A stretch of DNA of 64,000 bases, taken from assembly GCA_965207275.1 (NCBI GenBank), contig CBDBMH010000002.1, positions 2,971,651 to 3,035,650 on the forward strand, in the 5' to 3' direction. Positions within the stretch are counted from its first letter, which is position 1; each line of letters begins with the position of its first letter. The position numbers and the translations under genes are program-made. This document shows positions 10,675-19,407 of this stretch, one piece after another. The stretch comes from Dehalococcoidia bacterium. Its GTDB lineage: Bacteria > Chloroflexota > Dehalococcoidia > Lucifugimonadales > UBA3495. The notes beneath the pieces were generated by a model. That model made no database searches. It saw only the letters and a program-made list of their open reading frames with translations, and was not told where the DNA came from.

Positions 10675-13269
10675 ATGCTGAACACAATCAAGAACGATAG
10701 CCTGGCCGATAGGTTTGCCGAATTTTTCACCAGGCATTCTACGGGAACAATAGCAGCCCTACTTGCCGTTTCAGTCCTGCTGGTCTTCCCGACATTCTTG
10801 CTTCGCCCCGCCGAACAAGCTTCGCAGGAACCGGGTGGCGCCGTTTTTGAACTGCGCGACCGCGTAAACGAAGGATTCCCCCCTCGGCTCCACATCGCCA
10901 GCTTCATCGTAGAAGACCGGGAGGGGGATATTCTGCGCCAAGCTCCCCTTTGGGAGCTATACCAGAACCAGCAAACCCTACGGGAGTCGGACCATGCCCG
11001 AATCCTTTACAGCGGCTATGACGTGGACGCCCAACGTCAATTGCAGGGCATCTACACCGTGGCCGACGCCGTTGACAGCATCTTGCGCGTTAGCTCGGCT
11101 AATGCGGTAACTCTGGAGACGGCCACTGACGCCCAGGTGAAGGATGCCATCTCTCTGGGCCTGAGAGGACCCAACGGGCAATTCTTGCGGGAGAGTTTCT
11201 CCAAGGATGCATCTCTCGATCCGACCACGATTGAGGGCCGACCTAAAGAGGTTTGGCAGGCCAGGGCGCTGACCATTTTTGTGGCGGCGGACAATGTCTT
11301 GCTGGGCGGCGGCCCTCAGACCATCACCATATCCAACGACCCTTTGCTGATTGAAAAGGAACGCCTCAATCGGAGTATACGGGCAACCCTCCGGGGAAAC
11401 GAACAACACTACCAGTTATGGGGCCTTGCACTGGACGTCAACCTCACATCCAGAGAACAGGGCAGGTCGGCTATCCCCTACATCGCTGCCACTGTCGCCC
11501 TTGTACTGCTAGTTGTTGGCGCAACTCTCCGGTCAGTGAAGGCGGTGGGGCTGGGCTTCCTGGGACTCTTGATTCTGCTTATCTGGCTCAAAGGAATTTC
11601 AAACCTCATCGGGTTGAAATCCTCCCTGGTCATAGACCTGATTGTTCCCATTGCCATGATTTCGTTGGGTGCGGACTTTCTCATCCATGCCGTTGCCAGG
11701 TACAACGAAGAACGCGCACACCTTACCCGGGCCTACCCGGCCCTGAAGGCGGGGATGGCCGGCGTACTGGGGGCTCTGGCGCTGGCTTCACTGTCTGACG
11801 GCATCGCCTTCCTGGCAAACATTACCTCCGGAATCGAATCCATCATAGGTTTTGGCATTGCGGCGGGAATAGCCGTATTGTCAAGCTTCATTGTTATGGG
11901 CATCCTGATTCCCCTGATTATCATGCGACTGGACCAGAGCAGAGAGTCCAACGCTGCCGGGGTACAGACTGAGGAACAACCACCGAATACCGATGTCAAA
12001 CCATCCTGGAGGTCAAGAATAGGGATCGCCCCGCTGATTGTGTCACTGTCTCGAATTCCATGGCTGCTGCTGCCTCTGGTGGCGCTGGGAACCGCACTCA
12101 GTTGCTACCTGGCGTTTCAACTGGAACCCACGTTTGACACCAAGGACTTTTTCGACAGTGAATCGGACTTTGTGGTTGGCATCGACAAGCTGGACGAGTA
12201 TATCTCCCCTTCAATATCGGGCGAACCGGCCACGATTTACGTCAGGGGGGATTTGACTGATCCGGATTCGTTGCGTGGACTCGGGGACTTGATAGAACAA
12301 TTCGGCAAAAACCGGTACCTGGGCCAGGGACAGGACGGTAACGTGTTCCTTTACAGCCGGACCATTTTCGACCTCCTGGGCCGGGCAACAGCTACACCGG
12401 CAGTTCGTCAGTCTATTCAGGACAGCACGGGAGTGTCCATCAGCGACAACGACTCGAACGGCATTCCCGATTCCGCCGAGCAAACCCGGGCCGCATACGA
12501 TTACATGCTGGCCAATGGGATCCCTCTCGATGAGAATATCCTGGCGTATGATGCGGCGCAGGTGGGACAAATCCTGGCCAAGGAGGGGGATGAGTATGCC
12601 ACCACCATCACTTTGGGAATCCAGGGAGCAAGGGAACTGGCCAACCTGGTGCGGGCTAGAGAATCCCTGGAGCTCGACCTGGCTCCCTTGGAGGCTCTGC
12701 CGTCAATTACTGAGGTCGGCATTACCGGGTCGCCCTTCACGAGAGAAGCTACCCTGGTTGCAACCACCAGGGCGCTGACTATATCGCTGCCCGTAGCAGC
12801 CGCGGCATGTTTCCTCCTGCTGGCCCTGTGGATGCGGTCTTTCGGATTCGCCCTGGTCACTACAATTCCAATTGGGCTGGTAGTTTCCTGGCTCTATGCT
12901 TTCATGTATTTGACGGGTTACAGCCTGAACTTTGTAACTGCCACCATCGCCGCCGTTTCCATCGGAGTAGGCATAGATTATTCCATTCACATGACCCAGC
13001 GATTTCGACAGGAATTGCCGCGGCATCCCGAGCCAACCGCGGCCCTCAGAACCGCCGCAACCGGTACTGGCGGCGCCCTGGCCGGCTCAGCCGCTTCCAG
13101 CATCGCCGGGTTCGCCGTAATGGGATTCGCTCCCATGCCCCTCTTTGCCACTTATGGAATTCTCTCTTCGGTAATGGTGCTGATGGCCGCTGTAGCGTCG
13201 CTGCTGGTGCTGCCGGCCCTGTTGTTGATAGTAGCCAGACTGAGGAAAGACGCCGACGACACCGGTTAA
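10675..13269 (+). CDS. MMPL/RND-superfamily membrane transporter
   Basis: 864 aa built as two repeats of a large extracytoplasmic loop plus about 5-6 TM helices. GADFLIHAV... and GVGIDYSIHM... are the paired MMPL-type TM motifs. Confidence 0.8.
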   Translation: MLNTIKNDSLADRFAEFFTRHSTGTIAALLAVSVLLVFPTFLLRPAEQASQEPGGAVFELRDRVNEGFPPRLHIASFIVEDREGDILRQAPLWELYQNQQTLRESDHARILYSGYDVDAQRQLQGIYTVADAVDSILRVSSANAVTLETATDAQVKDAISLGLRGPNGQFLRESFSKDASLDPTTIEGRPKEVWQARALTIFVAADNVLLGGGPQTITISNDPLLIEKERLNRSIRATLRGNEQHYQLWGLALDVNLTSREQGRSAIPYIAATVALVLLVVGATLRSVKAVGLGFLGLLILLIWLKGISNLIGLKSSLVIDLIVPIAMISLGADFLIHAVARYNEERAHLTRAYPALKAGMAGVLGALALASLSDGIAFLANITSGIESIIGFGIAAGIAVLSSFIVMGILIPLIIMRLDQSRESNAAGVQTEEQPPNTDVKPSWRSRIGIAPLIVSLSRIPWLLLPLVALGTALSCYLAFQLEPTFDTKDFFDSESDFVVGIDKLDEYISPSISGEPATIYVRGDLTDPDSLRGLGDLIEQFGKNRYLGQGQDGNVFLYSRTIFDLLGRATATPAVRQSIQDSTGVSISDNDSNGIPDSAEQTRAAYDYMLANGIPLDENILAYDAAQVGQILAKEGDEYATTITLGIQGARELANLVRARESLELDLAPLEALPSITEVGITGSPFTREATLVATTRALTISLPVAAAACFLLLALWMRSFGFALVTTIPIGLVVSWLYAFMYLTGYSLNFVTATIAAVSIGVGIDYSIHMTQRFRQELPRHPEPTAALRTAATGTGGALAGSAASSIAGFAVMGFAPMPLFATYGILSSVMVLMAAVASLLVLPALLLIVARLRKDADDTG

Positions 13270-13616
13270 CCCGGTATCATGAGCGATCTAACCTTCGCTG
13301 ACCGCGGCCATACCGAGGGGAGACTCCTACAGCGCCGGCTATGTCAGCGCCAGGATCATTTCAATGGCTGGGTCCAGTCCAGCTTCCGCCAGAGCAGTGA
13401 TTTTCACCCGTGTATTTTTGTAATCGTAGCCCAGGAAGAACACGGCGAGCCGGGCTCCCTGTCACTCCTCCATATGGGACGAAAAGGCTTTCGTCAGTAC
13501 ACGCCACTACGGCCGAGAAGGGCAGCAGGTACTATCACAAACGTCAATCATCTTGGATTCCAGCCAAGAGTTATCATCCCCCTGGAAGCTGCACGGGAAA
13601 TCCTATTGGAGACCCT

Positions 13617-14075
13617 CTACGGTGCATTGGGCACGCCGGGCTTGTCGTCATAGTAGCGCGACATGAAAAGCAGACTGTCGTATCTGATACTCCAGGTGTG
13701 GGCATACAATGTCTCCGAAGACCTGACATTAGGAAAGATGTAGCTAATCCAGGTTCCCTCCTCCGTTGCCGCCGCCATCTCCTGGCCAATCTGCCGATTG
13801 CTTCGGGTGGCAAGGTCATTCAGGTCCGTCCCTACGAGATGTTTGGCGAGGGGAGCTACTAGAAGAATGTCCTTCTCATCGGCCAGGGTCAGGCCCCACT
13901 GGCCATCAAAACTCTCCTGGCTGTTGTAGTGGGCGATCGTGGCCTCCAATCCGTTGTTCCGGTAGTATTCGATGGCCTGTCGTACATATTCGGCAGTGCG
14001 GTCGGCGGGGTCTTCCACCCGCAGGTAGTAGCCGGAGGCAAAGAGCATTCCATCACGGCGTACTGCGTAGGACAC
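13617..14075 (-). CDS. C-terminal fragment (fourth Cache-like domain) of the frameshifted lipoprotein below
   Basis: YVRQAIEYYRNNGLEATIAHYN...GTWISYIF...LLFMSRYY repeats the domain pattern of ORF 14053..15684. It connects to that ORF by removing 1 nt at about 14112. Confidence 0.7.
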   Translation of the reverse strand: MSYAVRRDGMLFASGYYLRVEDPADRTAEYVRQAIEYYRNNGLEATIAHYNSQESFDGQWGLTLADEKDILLVAPLAKHLVGTDLNDLATRSNRQIGQEMAAATEEGTWISYIFPNVRSSETLYAHTWSIRYDSLLFMSRYYDDKPGVPNAP

Positions 14076-15651
14076 CTTGGGAACTTCCTTCAGCGTTACT
14101 GGGTGAGGCCATAAGGTACTCTACCCAGACTCCCTGCTCCGTGGCCTTGGCCAACTCCTCGCCCAGTTCGTAGCCATCGGAACCCTTCACATTCTTGATA
14201 TCCGTGCCGATGAGCTGCGGCAGTAGCGGGTGAACGTGATATATGTCCTGGTCGTCAGTGGCAAAGAGATACCATTCGCCCTCGAAGCTTGCGACACTGT
14301 TGTAGTAGTTCAGCAGGGACTCAAGGCCCTCATTCTCGTAACGTTCTACGGCCCGGTTCACGTACTGAACCGTGTATTCCCCGGGTTCAGCGTCCCGCCA
14401 GGCGGGTGGGCCGGTTTCGGGCTCGCCGGCGTAATAGCCTGAGGCGAAAATCAAACCGTCGTGGCGGATGGCCCAGGTGACCTTTTGCTGTTCCTTCCGA
14501 GAGAGGGGATGAGGCCACAGGTATTCCACCCAAACGCCGTCCTGGGTGGCCTCAGCTATCTCTCTGCCCAGTTCCTGGCCGTCGGAGCCGACCACATCCT
14601 TGATATCGGAGCCGATGAGATGGGGAAAGATGGGATGAGCCAGATAGTAGTCGTCCTCACCGATAAGAAAGAGGTAGAACTGTCCGTCCAAGCTGTCCTG
14701 GCCGTTATAGTGGCTGATCACAGCGTCGAGACCGTCATTTTCGTATTTGGCAATCGCCTTATCCACGTAAGCCTTGACGGAATCCGCTACGTCTTCCACC
14801 AGGACCGAATGGCTGGCAGAGAATACCAGTCCGTCGTGAAGCACGACGAGCACTCGCCGAGGTTCTTCCTGCTTAGTGACCGGGTTGATGCCGCGGGTCG
14901 TGATCCAACGACCACCTTCGGCGGCCGCCGCTATCAACTGTGAAAAGGCAGCGAATGATGAGCCCGGGCCAACATATTGGCCTTCGAGTGCGGGGATGCT
15001 GCGGTATACAAGCAGTTTTTTCTCGGCTTCGTCCAGAAGGATCAACGTCCTCTTGTCCTTTATTCCCGCACCAGACTTGTAGAATTGCACAGTGGCGTCC
15101 AGCCCGTTCTGCCCATAGTATTCTATGGCAGCCGTTACGTAGGCTCGGGTCAGATCGTCGTCGTTCAATGTACCGGTTTCCTGCATCGCTTCCGGTGGTT
15201 CATTAGCAGCAGGCTCGGGCGCGGGTACCGGAGTTGAAATAGCAGCGGGCCTAGGCGTAGGCTGAGGAGTTGCGGTGGCTGCCGGGGCTGGCGTGGGCTC
15301 CATAACTGTGGTGGGCGCTGGCGTAGGTGCCGTAACTGTGGTGGGCGCTGGCGTAGGTGCCGTAACTTTGGTGGCCGTTGGCGCCGGCGCCGGCTCGGGA
15401 GCCGTGGTGACCGCTGGCGCAGGCGTAGGTGCCGGCATTGCGGTGGCCAGGGGTTCGGAAGTCACCTCCTGGTTCGTCGTACCTATTGGCGCTGCTGTAG
15501 GGGAGGGTTCGTCGCCACAGGCAAGTACCAAAACTGAAAAAGAAGCCAAAATGAGACACAGGAACAGCACGTTCACTGCGACCGGTTTCCTTCGGTGCTT
15601 CAATCCCGTACTGTTTGCCGCCGGTTTCTTTAGTACCTCGGATTGCAACAT
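14053..15651 (-). CDS. lipoprotein with Pro/Thr-rich linker and three tandem single-Cache-like domains (upstream part of a split 4-domain gene)
   Basis: Lipobox VLVLAC-G and linker APTPAPTTVT repeats. Three copies occur of Y(V/I)..A...Y...G......Y......DG..YLF......Y.AHP....IG.D.......G.......A...G.WVEY.WP.P. The start is chosen at the second ATG (15651), after AAGGGGG; ORF track start is 15684. Confidence 0.75.
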   Translation of the reverse strand: MLQSEVLKKPAANSTGLKHRRKPVAVNVLFLCLILASFSVLVLACGDEPSPTAAPIGTTNQEVTSEPLATAMPAPTPAPAVTTAPEPAPAPTATKVTAPTPAPTTVTAPTPAPTTVMEPTPAPAATATPQPTPRPAAISTPVPAPEPAANEPPEAMQETGTLNDDDLTRAYVTAAIEYYGQNGLDATVQFYKSGAGIKDKRTLILLDEAEKKLLVYRSIPALEGQYVGPGSSFAAFSQLIAAAAEGGRWITTRGINPVTKQEEPRRVLVVLHDGLVFSASHSVLVEDVADSVKAYVDKAIAKYENDGLDAVISHYNGQDSLDGQFYLFLIGEDDYYLAHPIFPHLIGSDIKDVVGSDGQELGREIAEATQDGVWVEYLWPHPLSRKEQQKVTWAIRHDGLIFASGYYAGEPETGPPAWRDAEPGEYTVQYVNRAVERYENEGLESLLNYYNSVASFEGEWYLFATDDQDIYHVHPLLPQLIGTDIKNVKGSDGYELGEELAKATEQGVWVEYLMASPSNAEGSSQGVLRSTP

Positions 15652-16068
15652 CGGTATCCCCCTTGAGTTGATGTCTAATAGCATACTCCGAATCTTTCAG
15701 ATTTGGCAAAAGTATATTTTCTTCCGAGAACTACCGTACATTTTGCTTTCTTCCAATTGACAGGAAAACGTGCATTTGCTGATTCGGGCTGGATATCTTG
15801 GAAGCGTGATTGCAATTCGCCTCCTATGGAGAGTAGCTACTGATAACAGCAGTTGTCAGTGCCATTGGCAAGGCTTTTCCTCCTGTACCGTCGTGTCGGT
15901 TTCGTTGACGCGCAGAAAGAGTGGTCAGAAAGGAAAAGCTGCTGCTGCGCATGGCGCCTGGGCTGGGAATGGTATAGCCTGTCAATCAGTACACGGCGGA
16001 ACCGGGGGAACCCATGGGAAGAGTGCGGTACCTTTCCAGCTTGCCGTTGCCAGCAGGAAATCTAGCAT

Positions 16069-17805
16069 ATGTTCGGTAAATCCCAGGGAAGGCACGAAAT
16101 CCAATTCGAACCGGACGAGAGGTGTCCGCCGTTTCGGGCCATAACTTCGGCTCTACAGATATTCTTGCCCAACACCATCAGCCTCGTCATGCTGGCTGCG
16201 CTGGTCGTGCAGGCATCCGGCGAGTCAGAAGCATATCTGTCGTGGATGACATTCACCGTGTTGGCGGTAACCGGCGCCAGTATGATCCTTCAGTCTCTCC
16301 GGCTGCGGTATTTCGGTTCGGGTCGACTCATTGTCACAAATTTCAACGTTCCATTTCTGGCGGTTTCCGCTCTGGCCCTCCACGTTGGCGGACCTGGTTT
16401 GCTGGCCACATTGATTGTGGCCTCCACCCTGCTTCAAGCTGCATTGACCCTGCACCTTGCCTCCCTCCGCCGGATATTCACACCGACGGTGAGCGGAGTA
16501 GTGGTAATGCTAGTGGCGGTTTCGGCCATGCCCTTTATCATCAGCAGGGCTGTCCTGCCGCCGGAAGGTCAGGCAACGCTCCTTTTCCTGGCGCCGGGAA
16601 TGGCGGCTCTAGCCGCCGGGCTTCTCTTGTCGCTGCAAGAGACGCTGCTGTGGCGTATATGGATCCTGCCAGTTACAGTAACTGTAGGTCTGATTGTGGC
16701 CCTACCCCTGGGGCTATACAACACTGACATCTTAATTGCCACTCCGTGGGTGAGTTTGCCTACTTTCGGGTGGCCGGGGTTGGACCTCGAGTTTGGCACT
16801 GACTTTTGGACTCTACTTCCCGTTTTCGTGATTGTGAACCTCACTGCCTTTGTGAAAGCGGTTGGAGACCTGTCGGTAATTCAACGGGCCTCCTACCGAA
16901 GTCAATCCGCCGTTGATTTCCGCAGCGTGCAGGGAGGCCTGAATGTGTACGGGATGGGCACCATGGTTTCAGGCCTACTGGGAACTTTGCCAGTAGCTGC
17001 GCCCTGGGCGGTCACCGTGGTTTACATCGGGTTCACCGGCGTTGCAAGCAAAAGTGTAGGAATATACCTGGGACTATTGACCATGGCGGCAGCGACATTT
17101 TCCAAGTTGCTCGCCGTATTGGTAGCAATACCGAGCCCGGTGGTTGGCGCGGTCTACATTGTCCTCTTCGGTATGCTTTTTGTTGAAGGAGCAAAGACTG
17201 TCTTCACAGGACCAGTCGACCACAAGAGAGCTGCCATCACCGGCGTTTCCATGGTATTGGGGCTTTCCGCGGGGGCTTTAAGCGGACTATTCGATGGGAC
17301 CGCCAGCCATCTGGTGGGTAATACCATTGTAACCGGCGGCATGGCAGCCATAGGCATGACCGCATTGACCGAACTATCGGGGATCCGGACCCGGAAGTTG
17401 AGGACTGAATTATCCCAGTCCTCTCTGCCTGCACTTGATGATTTTCTCCTCCGGTTCGCCGACGCAAATTCCTGGACGGATGAAGGGAAAGGCCGGCTCC
17501 GCCTGGTGGGTGAAGAGGTAATGCTGAACTTGCTTGAAGCGGAAAACTCTAAACCGGCGGAGCGAAAGCGCAGTTTGGTCGCCACAATTCGCCCTCAAGG
17601 CGGATCGGTCGAGCTTGAAATTGTGGTCGCTTCGGACGACGCATTACACGGTAATATCGAAAACCGTATTGCCTATTTGGGCCAGGACGAGGCGTTGGAG
17701 GAGGAGCAGCAATTGTCCGTTCGCATCCTCCGCCACTACGCCTCATCAGTGCATCACCGCAAGTATTATGGAATTGACATTGTCAGTTGCCGGGTGGAAA
17801 AGTAA
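16069..17805 (+). CDS. NCS2 (xanthine/uracil permease-like) transporter with an extra ~135-aa C-terminal cytosolic domain
   Basis: Polytopic N-terminal ~440 aa, with FTGVASKSVGIY resembling the NCS2 TM10 signature (LTGVASRxVG). The C-terminal region is hydrophilic (LRLVGEEVMLNLLE...SVELEIVV). Confidence 0.6.
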   Translation: MFGKSQGRHEIQFEPDERCPPFRAITSALQIFLPNTISLVMLAALVVQASGESEAYLSWMTFTVLAVTGASMILQSLRLRYFGSGRLIVTNFNVPFLAVSALALHVGGPGLLATLIVASTLLQAALTLHLASLRRIFTPTVSGVVVMLVAVSAMPFIISRAVLPPEGQATLLFLAPGMAALAAGLLLSLQETLLWRIWILPVTVTVGLIVALPLGLYNTDILIATPWVSLPTFGWPGLDLEFGTDFWTLLPVFVIVNLTAFVKAVGDLSVIQRASYRSQSAVDFRSVQGGLNVYGMGTMVSGLLGTLPVAAPWAVTVVYIGFTGVASKSVGIYLGLLTMAAATFSKLLAVLVAIPSPVVGAVYIVLFGMLFVEGAKTVFTGPVDHKRAAITGVSMVLGLSAGALSGLFDGTASHLVGNTIVTGGMAAIGMTALTELSGIRTRKLRTELSQSSLPALDDFLLRFADANSWTDEGKGRLRLVGEEVMLNLLEAENSKPAERKRSLVATIRPQGGSVELEIVVASDDALHGNIENRIAYLGQDEALEEEQQLSVRILRHYASSVHHRKYYGIDIVSCRVEK

Positions 17806-18409
17806 CAAGGCATGTTCCTCGGGTTTTCTCTGCCCCTTCACTCGAAGGCACTGAAAGGAGAAGTGCCGATGCACATAAGTGTTATGTGGTGAGGTTGAGC
17901 AAGTTCATTCCCTGATGGTCGCTACCCAGTGGACCTGGCCCGTGGAGGAAGCATTTGGAACCCTTCCAAACTGTGGCCTCTTCGCGATGGCGTCGTACAC
18001 CTGCCTTCGTCCATGATCTCAAGAGCGGATCGCCTACCTCTTGAACTTGAACAAGATTAGCCGGCACCGCATACACAGATGTGATCAGACCACAAAACCT
18101 CTCAAGAACACCGAATAAGGTTTTTGCTCCCGACCAGAGCAAAAGTGATGGGTGGAATGATGGAGAATGGTAAGGAAGGGTACACAAGCCTTCGGTTCGC
18201 GGTGTTCACTTCTGGCGTGTATGTCGGCTACCCTCGCGTTGGATCCCGACTCCACAGTATGGGAGTTCTATTCTGATAAGGGACCGCGCTTGCCCAGCCA
18301 GGTAGTCCACAGTTCTCGCTGGCTGACCTGACAATCCACACGGAAGATCCTTTCTGCACCCTCTATTGCCGATGGAGCTGGTTCGAGACATGACATGAGG
18401 CGATGTAGC

Positions 18410-19384
18410 TTACCTCTGAAGAATATTGATATAGGCCTCTTCCAGAGTGGGATCGCGGGACACCAGGCTTTCTATGATTTCCGGACCCACCGTCTCCGCT
18501 ATCCTTTCTCTGAGGTCGACGCCGAATCTGGTGAATACAGTAACCTTTTGCAGAGCTCCCTCGCCGGAGGACTCAACCCTTTCCACTGCTTCGATTTCCG
18601 ACAATTCCGCAACCAGTTGTTCCCTGGGTCGATTGACAGTTACCTCGATGATTCCAAGCTGGCTGAACTGGCGCTTGATTTCGCTGGGGGTGCCTACGGC
18701 CGCCAACTCGCCCCGGTCGATGATTGCGATGGTGTCGCACAGCATGTCGGCCTCGGCCATGTAATGCGTGGTTAGCAGGATGGTCTTGCCTTCGCTGGCC
18801 AGCTCAGGAACGTAGTTCCGCAGTTCCTGGGCGCCGATAGGATCGATGCCGATGGTGGGTTCATCCATGAACAGGACGGGGGGGTCAGTAAGCAGGCCGC
18901 GAGCGACATGCAGTCTCTGTTTCATACCCCTGGAATAGTTCTCCACCGGCGTCTTGGCATGTTCGGTCAACCCCACGCGGTCCAGCAGCAGGTCAATTCG
19001 CCGCTTCGCATCCCTGGGTCTTATATGGTTGAGGGCCGCGAAGAACCGCATGTTCTGTTCGCCGGTAATCCGTCCGTAGAGGCCCCGCTCCCCACCCAGA
19101 ATGAACCCCGTGTTTCGCCGCACCTGTTTGGCCTCGCTTTCAACATCGAAGCCCAGAACCCGCGCCGTTCCCGAAGTGGGAGTCAACAATGTGGACAAAA
19201 TACGCACGGTGGTTGTCTTGCCCGCGCCATTGGGCCCGAGGAGACCAAATACGGCGCCTTTAGGAATTTCAAGGTTGATTTCCTTAAGGGCAACGAAGTC
19301 CCGCCGCCGACCCATCACATTACGTGATGAATATGTGCGGGAAAGGTTAATGCACTCCACCGCTGTTGTACTGGTAGTGGCCAT
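18410..19384 (-). CDS. ABC transporter ATP-binding protein (DrrA/ABC-2 exporter type)
   Basis: Walker A GPNGAGKTT, signature-like YSRGMKQR, Walker B LFMDEPT. It is the last gene of a 4-gene operon. Confidence 0.9.
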   Translation of the reverse strand: MATTSTTAVECINLSRTYSSRNVMGRRRDFVALKEINLEIPKGAVFGLLGPNGAGKTTTVRILSTLLTPTSGTARVLGFDVESEAKQVRRNTGFILGGERGLYGRITGEQNMRFFAALNHIRPRDAKRRIDLLLDRVGLTEHAKTPVENYSRGMKQRLHVARGLLTDPPVLFMDEPTIGIDPIGAQELRNYVPELASEGKTILLTTHYMAEADMLCDTIAIIDRGELAAVGTPSEIKRQFSQLGIIEVTVNRPREQLVAELSEIEAVERVESSGEGALQKVTVFTRFGVDLRERIAETVGPEIIESLVSRDPTLEEAYINILQR

Positions 19385-19407
19385 GTCATCGCTCCGGATA
19401 TTGGTGG

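Noticed and set aside
10399-10737. ORFs 10399..10737(-) and 10406..10639(-) from the track.
   Set aside because: They overlap the 3' half of the tmRNA gene and its downstream spacer, and no Shine-Dalgarno or family signal is present.
10540-13300. Genomic island integrated at the tmRNA 3' end.
   Set aside because: I found no direct repeat of the ssrA 3' terminus downstream and no integrase. The adjacent MMPL gene has host-like composition.
13270-13616. 350-nt convergent spacer with a fragment reading …ARLAVFFLGYDYKNTRVKITALAEAGLDPAIEMILALT-stop on the minus strand.
   Set aside because: Only about 40 codons are open, there is no start, and I can name no family. It may be gene debris, but the evidence is too thin.
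14100-14120. Programmed +1 ribosomal frameshift at CUU-A-UGG in the Cache lipoprotein gene.
   Set aside because: There is no in-frame stop or rare codon at the A site (AUG follows), and no upstream SD-like stimulator at the right distance. A mutation or an assembly indel is more parsimonious, and it is reported as such.
15955-15963. CGCCTGGGC upstream of the NCS2 permease resembled the 3' pseudoknot element of the ZTP (pfl) riboswitch.
   Set aside because: The 5' subdomain consensus (GGGTCGTGAC…GGTGG…CCACCGGG) is absent, so a 9-mer match alone is meaningless. No purine/xanthine riboswitch core is present either.
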